The position numbers and the translations under genes were made by a program. The notes beneath the pieces are model-generated. The model was not told the origin of the DNA. It searched no databases and worked only from the letters and a program-made list of their open reading frames with translations. A DNA stretch of 63,577 bases, filler included, from Octopus bimaculoides (taxonomy: Eukaryota), in NCBI RefSeq assembly GCF_001194135.2. It is 5 parts of 5 records of this genome, joined end to end, with 100 filler letters (N's around TTAATTAATTAA, not from the genome) between each part and the next. Parts side by side here need not be neighbours in the genome. Positions count along the whole stretch, not along the records: positions 1 to 31,030 come from NC_068985.1; 4 more parts are not named here. One strand, written 5' to 3'. Shown piece by piece: positions 11,916 to 24,331 of the stretch. The number at the start of each line of letters is the position of its first letter. Positions within the stretch are counted from its first letter, which is position 1.

Positions 11916-12626
11916 NNNNNNNNNNNNNNNNNNNNNNNNNNNNNNNNNNNNNNNNNNNNNNNNNNNNNNNNNNNNNNNNNNNNNNNNNNNNNNNNNNNNN
12001 NNNNNNNNNNNNNNNNNNNNNNNNNNNNNNNNNNNNNNNNNNNNNNNNNNNNNNNNNNNNNNNNNNNNNNNNNNNNNNNNNNNNNNNNNNNNNNNNNNNN
12101 NNNNNNNNNNNNNNNNNNNNNNNNNNNNNNNNNNNNNNNNNNNNNNNNNNNNNNNNNNNNNNNNNNNNNNNNNNNNNNNNNNNNNNNNNNNNNNNNNNNN
12201 NNNNNNNNNNNNNNNNNNNNNNNNNNNNNNNNNNNNNNNNNNNNNNNNNNNNNNNNNNNNNNNNNNNNNNNNNNNNNNNNNNNNNNNNNNNNNNNNNNNN
12301 NNNNNNNNNNNNNNNNNNNNNNNNNNNNNNNNNNNNNNNNNNNNNNNNNNNNNNNNNNNNNNNNNNNNNNNNNNNNNNNNNNNNNNNNNNNNNNNNNNNN
12401 NNNNNNNNNNNNNNNNNNNNNNNNNNNNNNNNNNNNNNNNNNNNNNNNNNNNNNNNNNNNNNNNNNNNNNNNNNNNNNNNNNNNNNNNNNNNNNNNNNNN
12501 NNNNNNNNNNNNNNNNNNNNNNNNNNNNNNNNNNNNNNNNNNNNNNNNNNNNNNNNNNNNNNNNNNNNNNNNNNNNNNNNNNNNNNNNNNNNNNNNNNNN
12601 NNNNNNNNNNNNNNNNNNNNNNNNNN

Positions 12627-12658
<32 letters not shown>

Positions 12659-12664
12659 TGTGTG

Positions 12665-13465
12665 TCCAGTTTGCATTTGAAGTAATATACATCCATCACA
12701 TGCAGTTCTCTCAGGATTTCTAGGACGATATTGAACATCTGTACGAAATTAAATTCCAAGCTGTTGCAGTAGCTCCTCCTGTATCGTCTTGTATGATGAC
12801 GATGCTGGAATTTTGGGCAATATGATGTGGTACCGAAGCCGTACTGCAGTTTGTGTAACTTACAACGGAAAAATTTGATACAAATCCCTCTCGGAGTTTC
12901 CCAACGTGTACCACTGCATGTGTTTCCCACTTTTTTCAAGTGTAGAATATTACTTTATTTCGTTTCTTCTGAAACCCGTATTTCGCATTGAGACGAACTT
13001 CTTTGTGTAGCTTTCCGGGATTGCTCTGAGGTCTGTCGTAGATTTAATACCCTGTGATGTCTATGTTTGGAAGCAGTAGTCGAAAGGGCTGAGGACAAAT
13101 GTCTTCCAGAGGACCATCAATGTTTTCCGTTCTCTCGTTCTAAATGTTGTAAGGGACCATATGATCCGCCGTCAGCATTTTATGGCCAATGCCCATCACT
13201 CACTGATTGTGTTTCCAAAATCGCAATTCATTCGGAGCAAGTGTTTTCTCTCTGCCTTTCATTCACCTTCCTGTGCTTTTGGTCCAGGGCTTGTAATTCT
13301 GCAGCATCAAAGTGCGTGTTATTCTGCTCACTCCACACGTATAAAACGCCCAGGTCTTATTGATGGTGAGCAATATCCGCAGGGTTCTTCTGCAAAAAAA
13401 CTTGCCCGGAATTGTGCATCGAAGGAGAACAGGGTGCGAGCAATCCCGTGGATAGGTTTATATCC
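12665..13465 (-). mobile_element. Degenerate CR1/L2-like LINE, RT C-terminus and 3' region
   Basis: Frameshifted reading: SFFAEEP (FADD relic), LYVWSEQNNTHFDAAELQAL, IIWSLTTFRTRERKTLMVLWKTFVLSPFDYC, YCNSLEF..LREL..YFKCKLD. These are collinear with CR1-clade ORF2. Confidence 0.75.
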
Positions 13466-13756
13466 AGAGCCTGACACAGAGACAGAGCGAGAGAGGGAGA
13501 GAGAATAATCGTGAGTGTTTTCACTGAAAGTAATCATATTCTTTATCAACATTCCCCGTGTAACGGTAGTATTATACGTTGAAATTCAAATTACGTCCTA
13601 CTTCGTTTGTGTAAGTTTTGTTTCGGATATTTAGCTTATTTTGATTTTCTCATGTGTGTGTGATTGACGAGGTCTTACACACATAAATATAGCACATGAA
13701 ATGGCAGATGTGTGTGTGTGTATGTATGTATGTATGTATGTATGTATGTATGCATA

Positions 13757-13801
<45 letters not shown>

Positions 13802-15261
13802 ACATTACTATATCAAGTCCTATATTATTACTGCGTTAAGATATTAGAATTTAACGAATCAATACTCTTGTTTCTTAAAGAAAAAGAAAACGGAGACATT
13901 TCCTGATAGTCTGTGATATGTACAGTCAATTCTAGTGAAATTGTATGTGTTTTTCATCAAAATGTGCCCAGCAAATAATTGTAATCACAAAAAAAATAAT
14001 AAATGATAACATTTGAAAATGTAACTTAGTTCACTGCCCCAGCTATAGGTTTTCAAAGAAATCAATAAGGTGCTTTTAAGATCCAGGAATTAATTGTATG
14101 AATACAATGTATGGAAAAAAATATCCTAGATTTCAAATGCTTCAATGGATATAAAAGCGAAAGAATGATTTAAAGAACTCGATAAAATAACTGCATCATG
14201 AGTTTAAAAATATAAATCAACGAATGATATTGCCAGGTGAAAGATTACTTGCACTTCTGTTGATTTTAATCTCAAATTGTAAAAGGTCGTTTTAAATTGA
14301 AAACATGATTGGTTTGTTTTTACGTTTTCTAAAGTTAAACTCTAATTCTTATTTTCTGTGTTTTTTCCCCATTTACTTATTACATTTTTTGGCAATATTA
14401 TTTTAAAACAGAAGAAAGAAACCTTACTGGATGTTGAAATTGCGAAAAAATAAATATTTCCTGCTTTATCAATGGTTTTGTCAACGACTAATAAAATATA
14501 AATGGTAATATGAAAAGTTGGAATTTCATTCAAATTTAACGTAGCCTTAAGGTTTGCGATGATTATCTCAGATTATGTATGCATTCAGTGACGTATAATA
14601 TTAAATAGGTTAATAACCCGAATATCCCCCCAACAAAAAAACAAAAACTCAAACGCCTGTTTTTACATTTATTCAAATTTGACAGAATGACACGACTAAT
14701 TTGAAACGTAATTCGTGACTCAAATGTTGCTTCATTATTCTAATGCTTCCTTAACTACATTATCTGATCTGTGTTCATATTCTTTTTTCCAAAATATGTG
14801 TAGCTAAAAAAAAAAAAAAAAAATCAGTATGTTTTAGAACAAATTGAATTCCAAGTTAAAATTTTTATATAACACGCTTATAATATATTTCTGCAACAAA
14901 ATGTAGTTGCCAACAACATCATGCGTCAGTCATAGAGATGTATATCATACGGGCTTTTAATGAGAGCTAAGTAGCGGGAAATATGTAATTTCAAACTATT
15001 GCACATATTCATTCAATATTTCTTTATTCAATACATGGGTAACACATTTCATTTGACATTGCATCATTTGTCTGGCTGGCAATATATTCCAGCTATTTCT
15101 TTATAAGAATAAAAGTGAGCAGCCAAACTTCTATAGGTCTAACTAAAGATGGTGCCTGCATTTTTACAGGACTATTTTAGCTGCTTAGAGCTGACATTAC
15201 AATCAAAGAAGTTGTTGTGAATATGAAGTTTAAATATTTATTTATCCAGACTTCATTAAAC

Positions 15262-15403
15262 GTACATTATTTACATTTGACGTGTATTTGTCCTCATCTT
15301 GTTTGTTGTAAACACAACGTTTCGGCTGATACACCCTACAGCCTTCGTCGGGGGTCTTGCTGAAATTCTGAACCTGGTTTCTCATTCCTAAGGCATGTTT
15401 CGA

Positions 15404-15413
<10 letters not shown>
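15262..15413 (-). mobile_element. Hammerhead-bearing repeat H2, left arm of inverted pair
   Basis: Minus strand reads gaccc-CCGACGA-a-GGCTG-tagggtgtat-CAGCC-GAAAC-GTT-gtgtt; reverse complement of 15547-15698. Confidence 0.85.
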
Positions 15414-15440
<27 letters not shown>

Positions 15441-15546
15441 GTTAGTAGTAGTAGTAGTAGTAGTTGTATTCAGGTTATTGATAAACGAGGAAATATTTAT
15501 GTTTTGGTAATTTCAACATTCAAAAATGATTGTTTCTTTTGTTTTA

Positions 15547-15698
15547 AAATAACATCGAAAAATACCTTAGGAATGAGAACACAGGTTCGAAATTTCCCCA
15601 ATACACCTGATGAAAGCTGGAGGGTATATCAGCTGAAATGTTGTGTTAACAACAAACAAGATGAGGACAAATATCCGTCAAATGTAAATAATGTACAT
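15547..15698 (+). mobile_element. Hammerhead-bearing repeat H2, right arm of inverted pair
   Basis: About 150 bp, similar along its length to the reverse complement of 15262-15413 and of 4092-4250. Confidence 0.85.
15603..15646 (+). ncRNA. Minimal type I hammerhead ribozyme motif (H2)
   Basis: ACAC-CTGATGA-a-AGCTG-gagggtatat-CAGCT-GAAAT-GTT-GTGT: intact CUGAUGA and GAAA, perfect 5-bp stem II, 4-bp stem I, GUU triplet, loopless helix III. Confidence 0.75.
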
Positions 15699-16084
15699 AT
15701 TAAATATCATCTCTTAAATATAGAACTGTATTCAGTAAAAGTATTTTATGGTATTTTGAATTAAATTGTAATATGTAGTTCCTGACTTGTTTCTCGTTCT
15801 TATCCCCTCTTTTTAATTATAGATGAAGCAGTAGGTACCTGAGGACATATACTTTATTTTATAATGTCCGCCAGCAGACGTTAATTTTCACAACCACATA
15901 TATAATTGTTCATCTGAATGTTTCGGATTCCAAGGTACCAACGGATGTGTCGATATGCCGAGTTCTGTCTTGATGATGTATATAGTTATCACCATTTTAT
16001 AGAGAACAGTGGTCAATTGAATTTAAGAAACATTTAGAATAGCATATACATTTCTTAGTAGTTATGAAAGTAAACATAACTAGA

Positions 16085-16544
16085 CGGGGTTGTATGGTAA
16101 AAAGTTTGCTTCCCAATCACATAGTCCTGGTTCAGTCCCACTGTGTGGCACCTTGGAAAGCATCTTCTGATATAGCTTCGTGCCGACCATTGTCTTGTCA
16201 ATGGATTTGGAAGATTGAAAGTGAAAAAAGTCAATGATGTATATGTGTATATACATACATGTATATGTGTGTGTTTGTGCGTGCGTCTGGGTGCGTGTGT
16301 GTGTGTGTGTGTGTGTGTAATTTTGTATCTGTATTTGTTCCCTCACCACGACTTCACGTCCGGTGCTAGTGTGGTGACATCCCTGTAACCTAACGGTTCG
16401 ACAACACGGACGATAAAATAATTACCAGTCTTATAAAAAGTAAATAATGGGGTTGAAATATTTGACTCAAAATTCTTCAAGGCGGTGCCCCAGCATGGAT
16501 GCGGATTGGTGACTGAATCAAGTGAATAATAAGAGATAAAAGAT

Positions 16545-16545
<1 letters not shown>
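16085..16545 (+). mobile_element. SINE family C, full length with internal (GT)n
   Basis: tRNA-like head (B-box-like ggttcagtccc), central microsatellite, 3' module ending aaggcggtgccccagcatgg...tgactgaa. Confidence 0.8.
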
Positions 16546-16623
<78 letters not shown>

Positions 16624-17988
16624 GACACACACACGTAAACACACGCACGTACATATGTTATAATGTTATAACGCATCAAAATGTGCACTGAAAACACTTT
16701 AGATCATCCATATCTAATTATTCTATGCATGTTATTTGCTTTCTCCGTTGCTTATTGATTGATAGATATGTTTAGTCGAAAGTTATGATGTCGACGTAAT
16801 TCATTGTAATTCTTGTCTAAAGCCCTGCTCTGCATTCGATTGCATGCATTTACTTGTCTTAGACTTTCTCGTAGTGTTTGATTCGTGACCTAATTTCTTT
16901 TCATTTTATGACGAACATTGATTTTTCTCAGCGTTCAAGCCTAGAAGTTCTTTAAGAAGTTTTCCTGCATACGAACAATACAATATCACTCTCCAATAAT
17001 TTGTGTTGTGGAATTGCTGATATAGAAAGCTATCTGCCACATATGATTAGCTCGGCCTGGAACAAATGTCATAATTATAGACGTAAGGATTCTATAACGA
17101 TTGCCCTTGATCACGAAATTAAATTATAGACCAAAACGGTGTTGGAGCAATGATTACATTTCGATGCATTGTGCTTGTACAATTATATAGGTGTAAATAA
17201 AGTGAGAATTTAGAAGCAATTTTGAATGAATATGTTACGAAAATATACAATTGTAAATGTTGAGTGAATTAGCAGTGGAGTTAATGATATAAAACGTAGA
17301 AAAATCGAGTGTATTCCCTTTAGTTCAGTGGTGAATAACATTTCTTCATGTAATTGATAGAGATTTGAATCTGTTCCAAGATATTAACACACATGCGGTT
17401 CTAATTTTAATTCCCCTACTGAACAAAAAATAGATAATTATCCTACCAACCCATTACTTTAGAATTAATATTTGTTAAGGTAAACATTTAAATCTAAACT
17501 ATGTCTATTTTATAAGCTCTATGAACGTAAACGAATATCCTTGCTAAATTTCGTAGTATAATTTGTAATAATTTTGTTAAGTATCCACAACACAGAAGTA
17601 TCAATCTCTTAATACAATTGTATGACGTTATGTCTGCAGGACATCGAAGTACTTATGGTTGAAAAAGTATTTGATGATATCTACTTGGGCAGGTCCGGAA
17701 TAAAGCGAAACAGCAAAATCAAATCTAAATGTGCTACAGACGTAAATTTATACGTTATCGTGCGAGATCCTTTACGTACGAACCAAACATTCATCAGGTA
17801 CAGCACATTGCCTTAGAAAAAGCGAGGGGTAAAAATTAGATAATTTGAACGCTATATTCTTGAGAAAAGGTACTTGTCATACGTCGAATTCAAAAGTTGT
17901 GAATCTACGATGTAAAGTGACACTAAATACAATTTAAATAAATGAAACTAAAATATTTAGAAATACTTGTAATGTGTTTATAATTATA

Positions 17989-18221
17989 TTCTTTTATTCT
18001 TGTATTCTAATACGTGTTTCAGTCATTGGATTGCGGCCATTCTGAAGCACCGACTTTAGTTGAGCAAATCGATCTCAGGACTTATTCTTTTGTAAGCCTA
18101 GTACTTATTCTATCGGTCTTTTAAGCCGATCCGCAACTTTATGGGGATGTAAAACACCAACATCGGTTGTGAAGCGACGTCGGAGGGACAAACAAAGACA
18201 CAGAGACATACATACATACAT

Positions 18222-18288
<67 letters not shown>

Positions 18289-18333
18289 NNNNNNNNNNNN
18301 NNNNNNNNNNNNNNNNNNNNNNNNNNNNNNNNN

Positions 18334-18365
<32 letters not shown>

Positions 18366-18489
18366 ACTTACAAGAATTTGGTCGGCCCGAGGCTATACTA
18401 GAAGACTCTTGCCCAAGGTGTCACGCAGTGGGACTAAAACCAGAACCATGTGATTGGTAAGCAAGCTATTTACCAGACAGCCACTCCTA
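17989..18489 (-). mobile_element. SINE family C, full length with gap inside its microsatellite
   Basis: Both modules match 16085-16545 and 62532-62685. Confidence 0.85.
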
Positions 18490-19054
18490 TTTATATTTAT
18501 AGACAAATCAATGTTATTCGAAAATGCATAAATTAGAAACAATAAACAATTACTGTTGACTTAACATGTATTCTATTCTGAATGTGTTTTCGAAATTAGA
18601 TTATTTCAGAAAAAAATCGCATTCGGATTCATAATAATGTATTTATGTAATTATATTCAGAATCTTAAAATTATTAAATTTAAAATGCTAAATCGACTTT
18701 AGTCAACATATTCACCAAATCTCATGTTATCAAGGAAATCCTATTCCTCATAGGCAACAAATTTTGTTATGAAAAAGGTATTTGATATTAAGACTGAATC
18801 ACCTTCTATCTTCCCCCATCTCTCTGCCCGACAAACGCATAAACACGCGAACCTATATTTATGTATGTATGTATGTATGTATGTATGTATGTATGTATGT
18901 ATGTATCTATCTATCTATCTATCAATCTATCCCTCCCTCTCCCTCTCCCCTCTGTCTCTCACTCTATCTCTCTCCTCTGTTCCCCCTCATATCTCCCCCC
19001 TCTCTATCACTCTCTGTCTGTCTGTGTGTCTGTTTTTGTCTCTCTCCCTCCCCT

Positions 19055-19095
<41 letters not shown>

Positions 19096-19449
19096 GTGTA
19101 TGTGTGTGTGTGCGTGTACCTACTTTGTATCTCTCTCGTCCTCTCCCCCTTAATTGTGGACTTTCTCCCTTTCTCCCTTCCTTGTCTTCTCAGTCTCCCT
19201 CTCTTTTATTCTCTTTTCCCTCTATTTACTGCCTACGCGGGACCCTTTCGGCACCGGACGCTTAGGTTGCAGGTCAGTATATATCTCCTCTCTTCCTATT
19301 TCTCTTTTTATATCCATTCAAGATTACTTCCAGGCGTTACTCATCACTGTCTATTGTTTGGGCGAAACGTCGTATTTATTCTGTCTTTTCCAATCATTTA
19401 AAATTACATTTGTTTATTTTCTTCCGTCCACTCTTTATAATTTTGTTTG

Positions 19450-19776
19450 CTTGATTCTCTGCTAATTCTCGGTAAATTTTGCGGATGCCGCTAATATGCC
19501 GAATCGCGAAATAACGATGGTGGGGGTCAAACACAGACAGAAATACGCACACACAGACACGCACATACACACATACACACATGCACACACATACAAACGC
19601 ATACATACATACATTCATTCGACGAGCTTCTTTCAGTTTCCATCTACTAAATTCTCTCAGAAGGCCTTGGTCGGCCGGAGCCTATAGTAGAAGACACTTG
19701 CTCAAGGTGCCATAAATTGGGACTGAACCGAGAACCATGTGGTTGGGGTGCAAGCTTCTTATCACATAGCCACTCA
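19450..19776 (-). mobile_element. SINE family C, 3'-truncated
   Basis: ctatagtagaagacacttgctcaaggtgcc...gggactgaacc...accatgtggttgg. Confidence 0.85.
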
Positions 19777-20529
19777 TGTTTATATTATTTGATAATTATT
19801 CAGATATTTCTAAAATATTCGGCGACTGCAGAAAATAAAATAAATGCATTACATTAGAAATATATTCGGGCATTATAAATAGCAGGAATAGATACGTTCT
19901 TCTATGAAAAATTATTTGATTGCAATATTGACATTTTCGGAACGAATACATGTTAATTCATGTTAAACGTTATAGTCAACATGTTTTTTTTTCCTCAATT
20001 AACATCCCATAAAGTTTACACCGTAATTAGATACATGCTAAGAACATTTCCTCGAAGCTACATCTATTTAGATTCAGTTCAAATGTTGACACATTTCATT
20101 AGTTATTCGATATTTAAAACACAGCCCTAATAACAAATATCAATATAATTGTAAAAGAATTCTTGCAATACATAAAATAAAACAAATTTTGAGACTAAAC
20201 GAAGAAATAATGGTACCGGCTTTATTGATTCCATTAACCATTTAATAATTAAATACTAATGACATAGAAGAATATAAACTCTTTTGATTAAAACAAAAAT
20301 GTTACTCAAAGGTTATTCCTGGACTGCAGGTGGTCCATTTGTAAAAACATTAAAATAGAACAAAGCCCACTAGACATATATATGGCGCATTTCATTTCTC
20401 GGTTTTCTTAACTATAGGTTATATTGAACTTTTGTTTTATATTGAACTCATGTAATAAAATGTTACATGTACTTTCTGAAACTTACCTCATACCTCTAAG
20501 CACACACGTATGTACATTCATATAGATTA

Positions 20530-20725
20530 TAGGTTCTCAAAGCGGGTGCTACATCCCCCCCCCCCGGTGGGCATTGACACGGTAGACTGGGCGCCGGTAG
20601 CTAAGGGTGCGGTAGAGAAAATGGGTGGAAGGCAGTGGATTGGAGGGCGCTATGAATTCATTATAATATTATCATAGTATTGTATACAAATTAGATAATA
20701 TTATATTAAATATCAAAGTATTCAT

Positions 20726-20777
<52 letters not shown>

Positions 20778-20855
20778 TAAAACATAAAATATTTATCTAT
20801 TTATACATGAAAATAGGGGGCACGGTTTCAGTCATTGAGACTTTTTCAACTGTAA
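20530..20855. mobile_element. Possible hAT-type MITE relic
   Basis: Begins aggttctcaaagcgggtgctac..ccccc, like the TIR at 37868. Putative right end gggggcac...ttgagac is very degenerate. Confidence 0.35.
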
Positions 20856-22439
20856 GTATGGAAAACAATTATGTTTTGGAAAAATTAAAAGAAAAGTTTT
20901 TAAAAGAATATTTGCATAGTATTCAAATACAAGGGGCACTTTCCTGGTTTCTGCCTGTCTCTGTCTCTCTTGTTTACTTTTGTGGGGTCGAGGTCCTTGG
21001 CAGGGAAGAATATATATATTGATATGTGTAACAACGATTGTATTGACCGTGTCTTCGAAATTCCGTCTCGCGAATACCATCCTCGGGCTGTGACCGACAA
21101 TTCGAAGAGGACATTTTCAAATCAAAGACGTTCCTGATATTACTTCTTCATGGAATTCGCCATTTGAAATTCACTATGAGAATACAATTGCCTCAAAATA
21201 CAAAATATTCTTAGATGAGTTCATCACCTCTTTTGAGAGAAATTTAAAGAATTTGTGTACACAATATTGCGTGTGTGGCACTTCTAGTTAGCATGTCTTG
21301 CTCACATTGTTGTAACTATGAATCAATAACAAAAAATGTTGGGCAAATAAATCTACACATATGTCTTGGGCTTTGCTATCACCCTGTGAATCATAAATCA
21401 AGAACTTAGATTTAAAAACATGTCAATGTAATCGTTTGAGATCTTTTTTAATATTCCGAAGCAGAAATATGGAGATTATCGCGAATTCTCTTTAGTGTAG
21501 CAGCAACTCTACTACAAAATGTTATACGCTGTATAATTCACGGTATAGATGGTATTGTGATAGGAAAACCTTGTGGAATATAATATTGTGTCTGTGCTAC
21601 GATTTTATTGATTAGAAATTTTGAAAAATGTGTTCTCTGAAATGATAGTTTCACAATGTACAGGAACGTGTATTGTAATTGCATCGTAACATTACATAGA
21701 GGAAGAGAGATTCAATGTATGTGTTTTGGGTACGGTGCACTTCTATTTTACGATATTCTTTTAGTAAGCCCAATGACACTTATGCTATTCTGTTGGATAA
21801 AACATTACTTAATTTAATTGAACATGCAAGGTAGTCACACCAACATGCCTTATCAAAATATCGAACATTTAAAACCAAGAGATATTATGCTGAAGTAAAA
21901 ATATAATACTTAAATATATGAACTCCAGCCGGGGCATATTCTATCATTGTATTATTTTATCACATTGTAATTCTATTAAACGGAAACAATACTACAACAA
22001 ATGCAGAATTATATTAAATATTTAATATCCATATTCCTTATAAGGTATCATTCTTTAAAATCAAATACGTAGTTTCTAAAATTATAATTCTGTTTCTTGT
22101 AGTATAAGTCTTCCTCTTTTATTCCAGAGGTCATTCTATACCTCACCTCGCAGAAACGTTATGTTACTCCTAAAAGAAATATTGCAACAAATCAACTGTT
22201 AATAATAATGAAGGAAGATCGTGATGCACATTGAAGTAGAATACTTTTTTCCCCGTTAACTCGATACGTAAGGATTCTTTCATAAAACCGAGGGGAAAAA
22301 GCGATTTTAGGGAATACAGGTAGTTTGTATAGTCGTCGTTCTTCCCTTCTGCAGCCGGAAGAAGAAGCCATATAACATAAAGTATAAAATTTGAAATTGT
22401 CAAATATTGCAATGACAAAAGGATCACAACGGCTGTGGC

Positions 22440-22731
22440 AGTAGTCGTCGCTGTGGTGAAGTTGTGTTGATGATGATAATGATGATGATGAAGATTGTAG
22501 TGGTGGTGATGGTGTGGGTGCTGGAGCTGTTGCTGCTGCTGCTGATGACACTAGTGATGATGGCAGGGGTTGTCGTTTGACGGGGAGAGCAGCAGTGACA
22601 GAGATGGTGATGATGACGCCGACGACGACGCTGATAATAATGAAATATTATGGTGTTAATGGCGATAATGCTGGTGGCGATAGTAGTATTATTGTTCTGC
22701 GGGAGACAGACACATTAATTTATAGACTAAG

Positions 22732-22762
<31 letters not shown>

Positions 22763-22765
22763 TGG
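22440..22765. repeat. Compound trinucleotide (GAT/GGT/GCT) and (GATA/GACA)n low-complexity tract
   Basis: Direct reading; source of the poly-S/A/D ORFs. Confidence 0.9.
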
Positions 22766-22774
22766 ATATTCTGA

Positions 22775-23480
22775 CAAGGTGCGTTGGGTAAATTGTCACC
22801 ATTTTATATTTTCAATTTCGCGCACGCGCATTGATTGCTTTGGATTTTGTCGACTACACAATATGGTAGGGTCTGTTGGGTACCACTGTATAGTAGAGCA
22901 TGTAAGGTCTGTTGGGCACCATGACGCAAATCACACAGATATTTGGAAACGACATGCTGCACTGCTTGGAATTCGCACCGGAAGCTTCAATACGAACATT
23001 TCAGAGTGCTGGGATGTCAATCTGTGGACAGTGCAGAAGAGTTGGATAAATCCATTGTTGATTACTGAAGTACGGTATCTCGCAAAACTCATTCTGATCG
23101 TTCTGATAAGCAAAAATCTCTTGAATTTGAAGGCGGGATGCAAACCATGATTGACAACGATCCCTCCACGTAAATCAGGTCCATCGCCAGGGACATGGGA
23201 GTGTCTGAGTGTCTTATTAGGCATGTAGTGTAGGAAGACTTTCGGTATTCCTCATGCAAGATGAGAAAGGGCCAATTTTTATCGTAAGTCATCAAGGACA
23301 AGAGGAAAGACTGCGTTACGAAGCTTTTGAACAAACTTAAGCATCCCCTCTAATCGAAAATGCTTTGGTGTTTCTCAGACGAGAACAATTTATGCCAGAA
23401 TCATATGGTGAATTCACAGAACAACCGTTGGCTTCCCGTGTCCCCAAAACACGTCCCGAGAGTGATAAAAATCAAACATC
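22775..23480 (+). mobile_element. maT (DD37D)-like Tc1/mariner transposon, 5' half
   Basis: TIR-like caaggtgcgttgggtaaattgtc. Frameshifted transposase reads KRHAALLGIRTG..NISE..VNLWTVQK, MIDNDPS..IRSIARDMGVSE, KLLNKLKHPL..MLWCFSDENN..QNHMVNSQNNRWL..VIKIKH. Confidence 0.85.
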
Positions 23481-24179
23481 ATGAGATTTGATCAGAATTG
23501 ATCAAATATGTATCAGTGTAAAGGGGTTTGTCTTATGCTGGGTGACCTCATCCGGGCCGATGCTTACGATGGTTTGTACCTCTAATTCAATGCCTGAAGG
23601 AGATAATATATCTGTTAGTGATAACACGAAATTGCTTTTGTATAGAGTACTTAATAGAAAAGTGAGTTTTATTTTATTTAGGTTTAAGATTGATTTTAAT
23701 GTTGTTTTACCTGGCATTCACGTAGGAAAAAGGGTTGGCCATTAAGGTTTTTTATTTCTTTTTTAAACGTGTGGCAAAGTTCGATTTTTCGAATGGCCAA
23801 TTAAGTCAAACGTTGGATGTAGTCCTAGAAGTGAAAAACTTTAAACATCTATACTCTAAACTGTGCTAAATTAAAAGTATGTAAGCTAAATCGGTAACGC
23901 TAAAATAAGTAGAATTTTTTTAAGAGAAGAACAAAAATTGAATATAACAAAAACATAATGACGGCAAATTTAGGTAAGTGATACCACGAGCAAAATACGA
24001 GATAAATAAATTAGTAAATAAAAAGGCAGCACCGACTCAGTGTTTGCTTATTCTGAAGATAATGGATAGACTGAGAAAATGAGACTCTTTAGGAAAAGGC
24101 TGAAATATAAAGGAGGTTCTACGCGAAAGATGGAGCATACTTGCTCTATGTCTCGTGGGCATCGGTACCATTTTCCTCT

Positions 24180-24331
24180 TTCTCCGTTCTTCCATTCTCC
24201 GAACTTTCCATCTTTCCGACGAAGGGCTACGCCCGAAACGTCATACACTCTCTCTTTCTTTTCCTGAGCGTCCAATAATACTATCCATATCACGTCCTCA
24301 CTTTGTTGTTTTTTTGTTTTTTTGTTATTGT
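24180..24331 (+). mobile_element. Hammerhead-bearing repeat H1, second copy
   Basis: CCGACGA-a-GGGC-tac-GCCC-GAAAC-GTC at 24216-24242. Stem II differs from the 4469 copy (GAGC/GCTC) but still pairs. Shares the downstream ttcctgagcgtccaataa. Confidence 0.7.

Noticed and set aside
19340-19380. gggc-GAAAC-GTC-gta hammerhead-like 3' half
   Set aside because: The expected CTGATGA position reads tcatcact. A micro-inversion is conceivable but cannot be supported from one copy.
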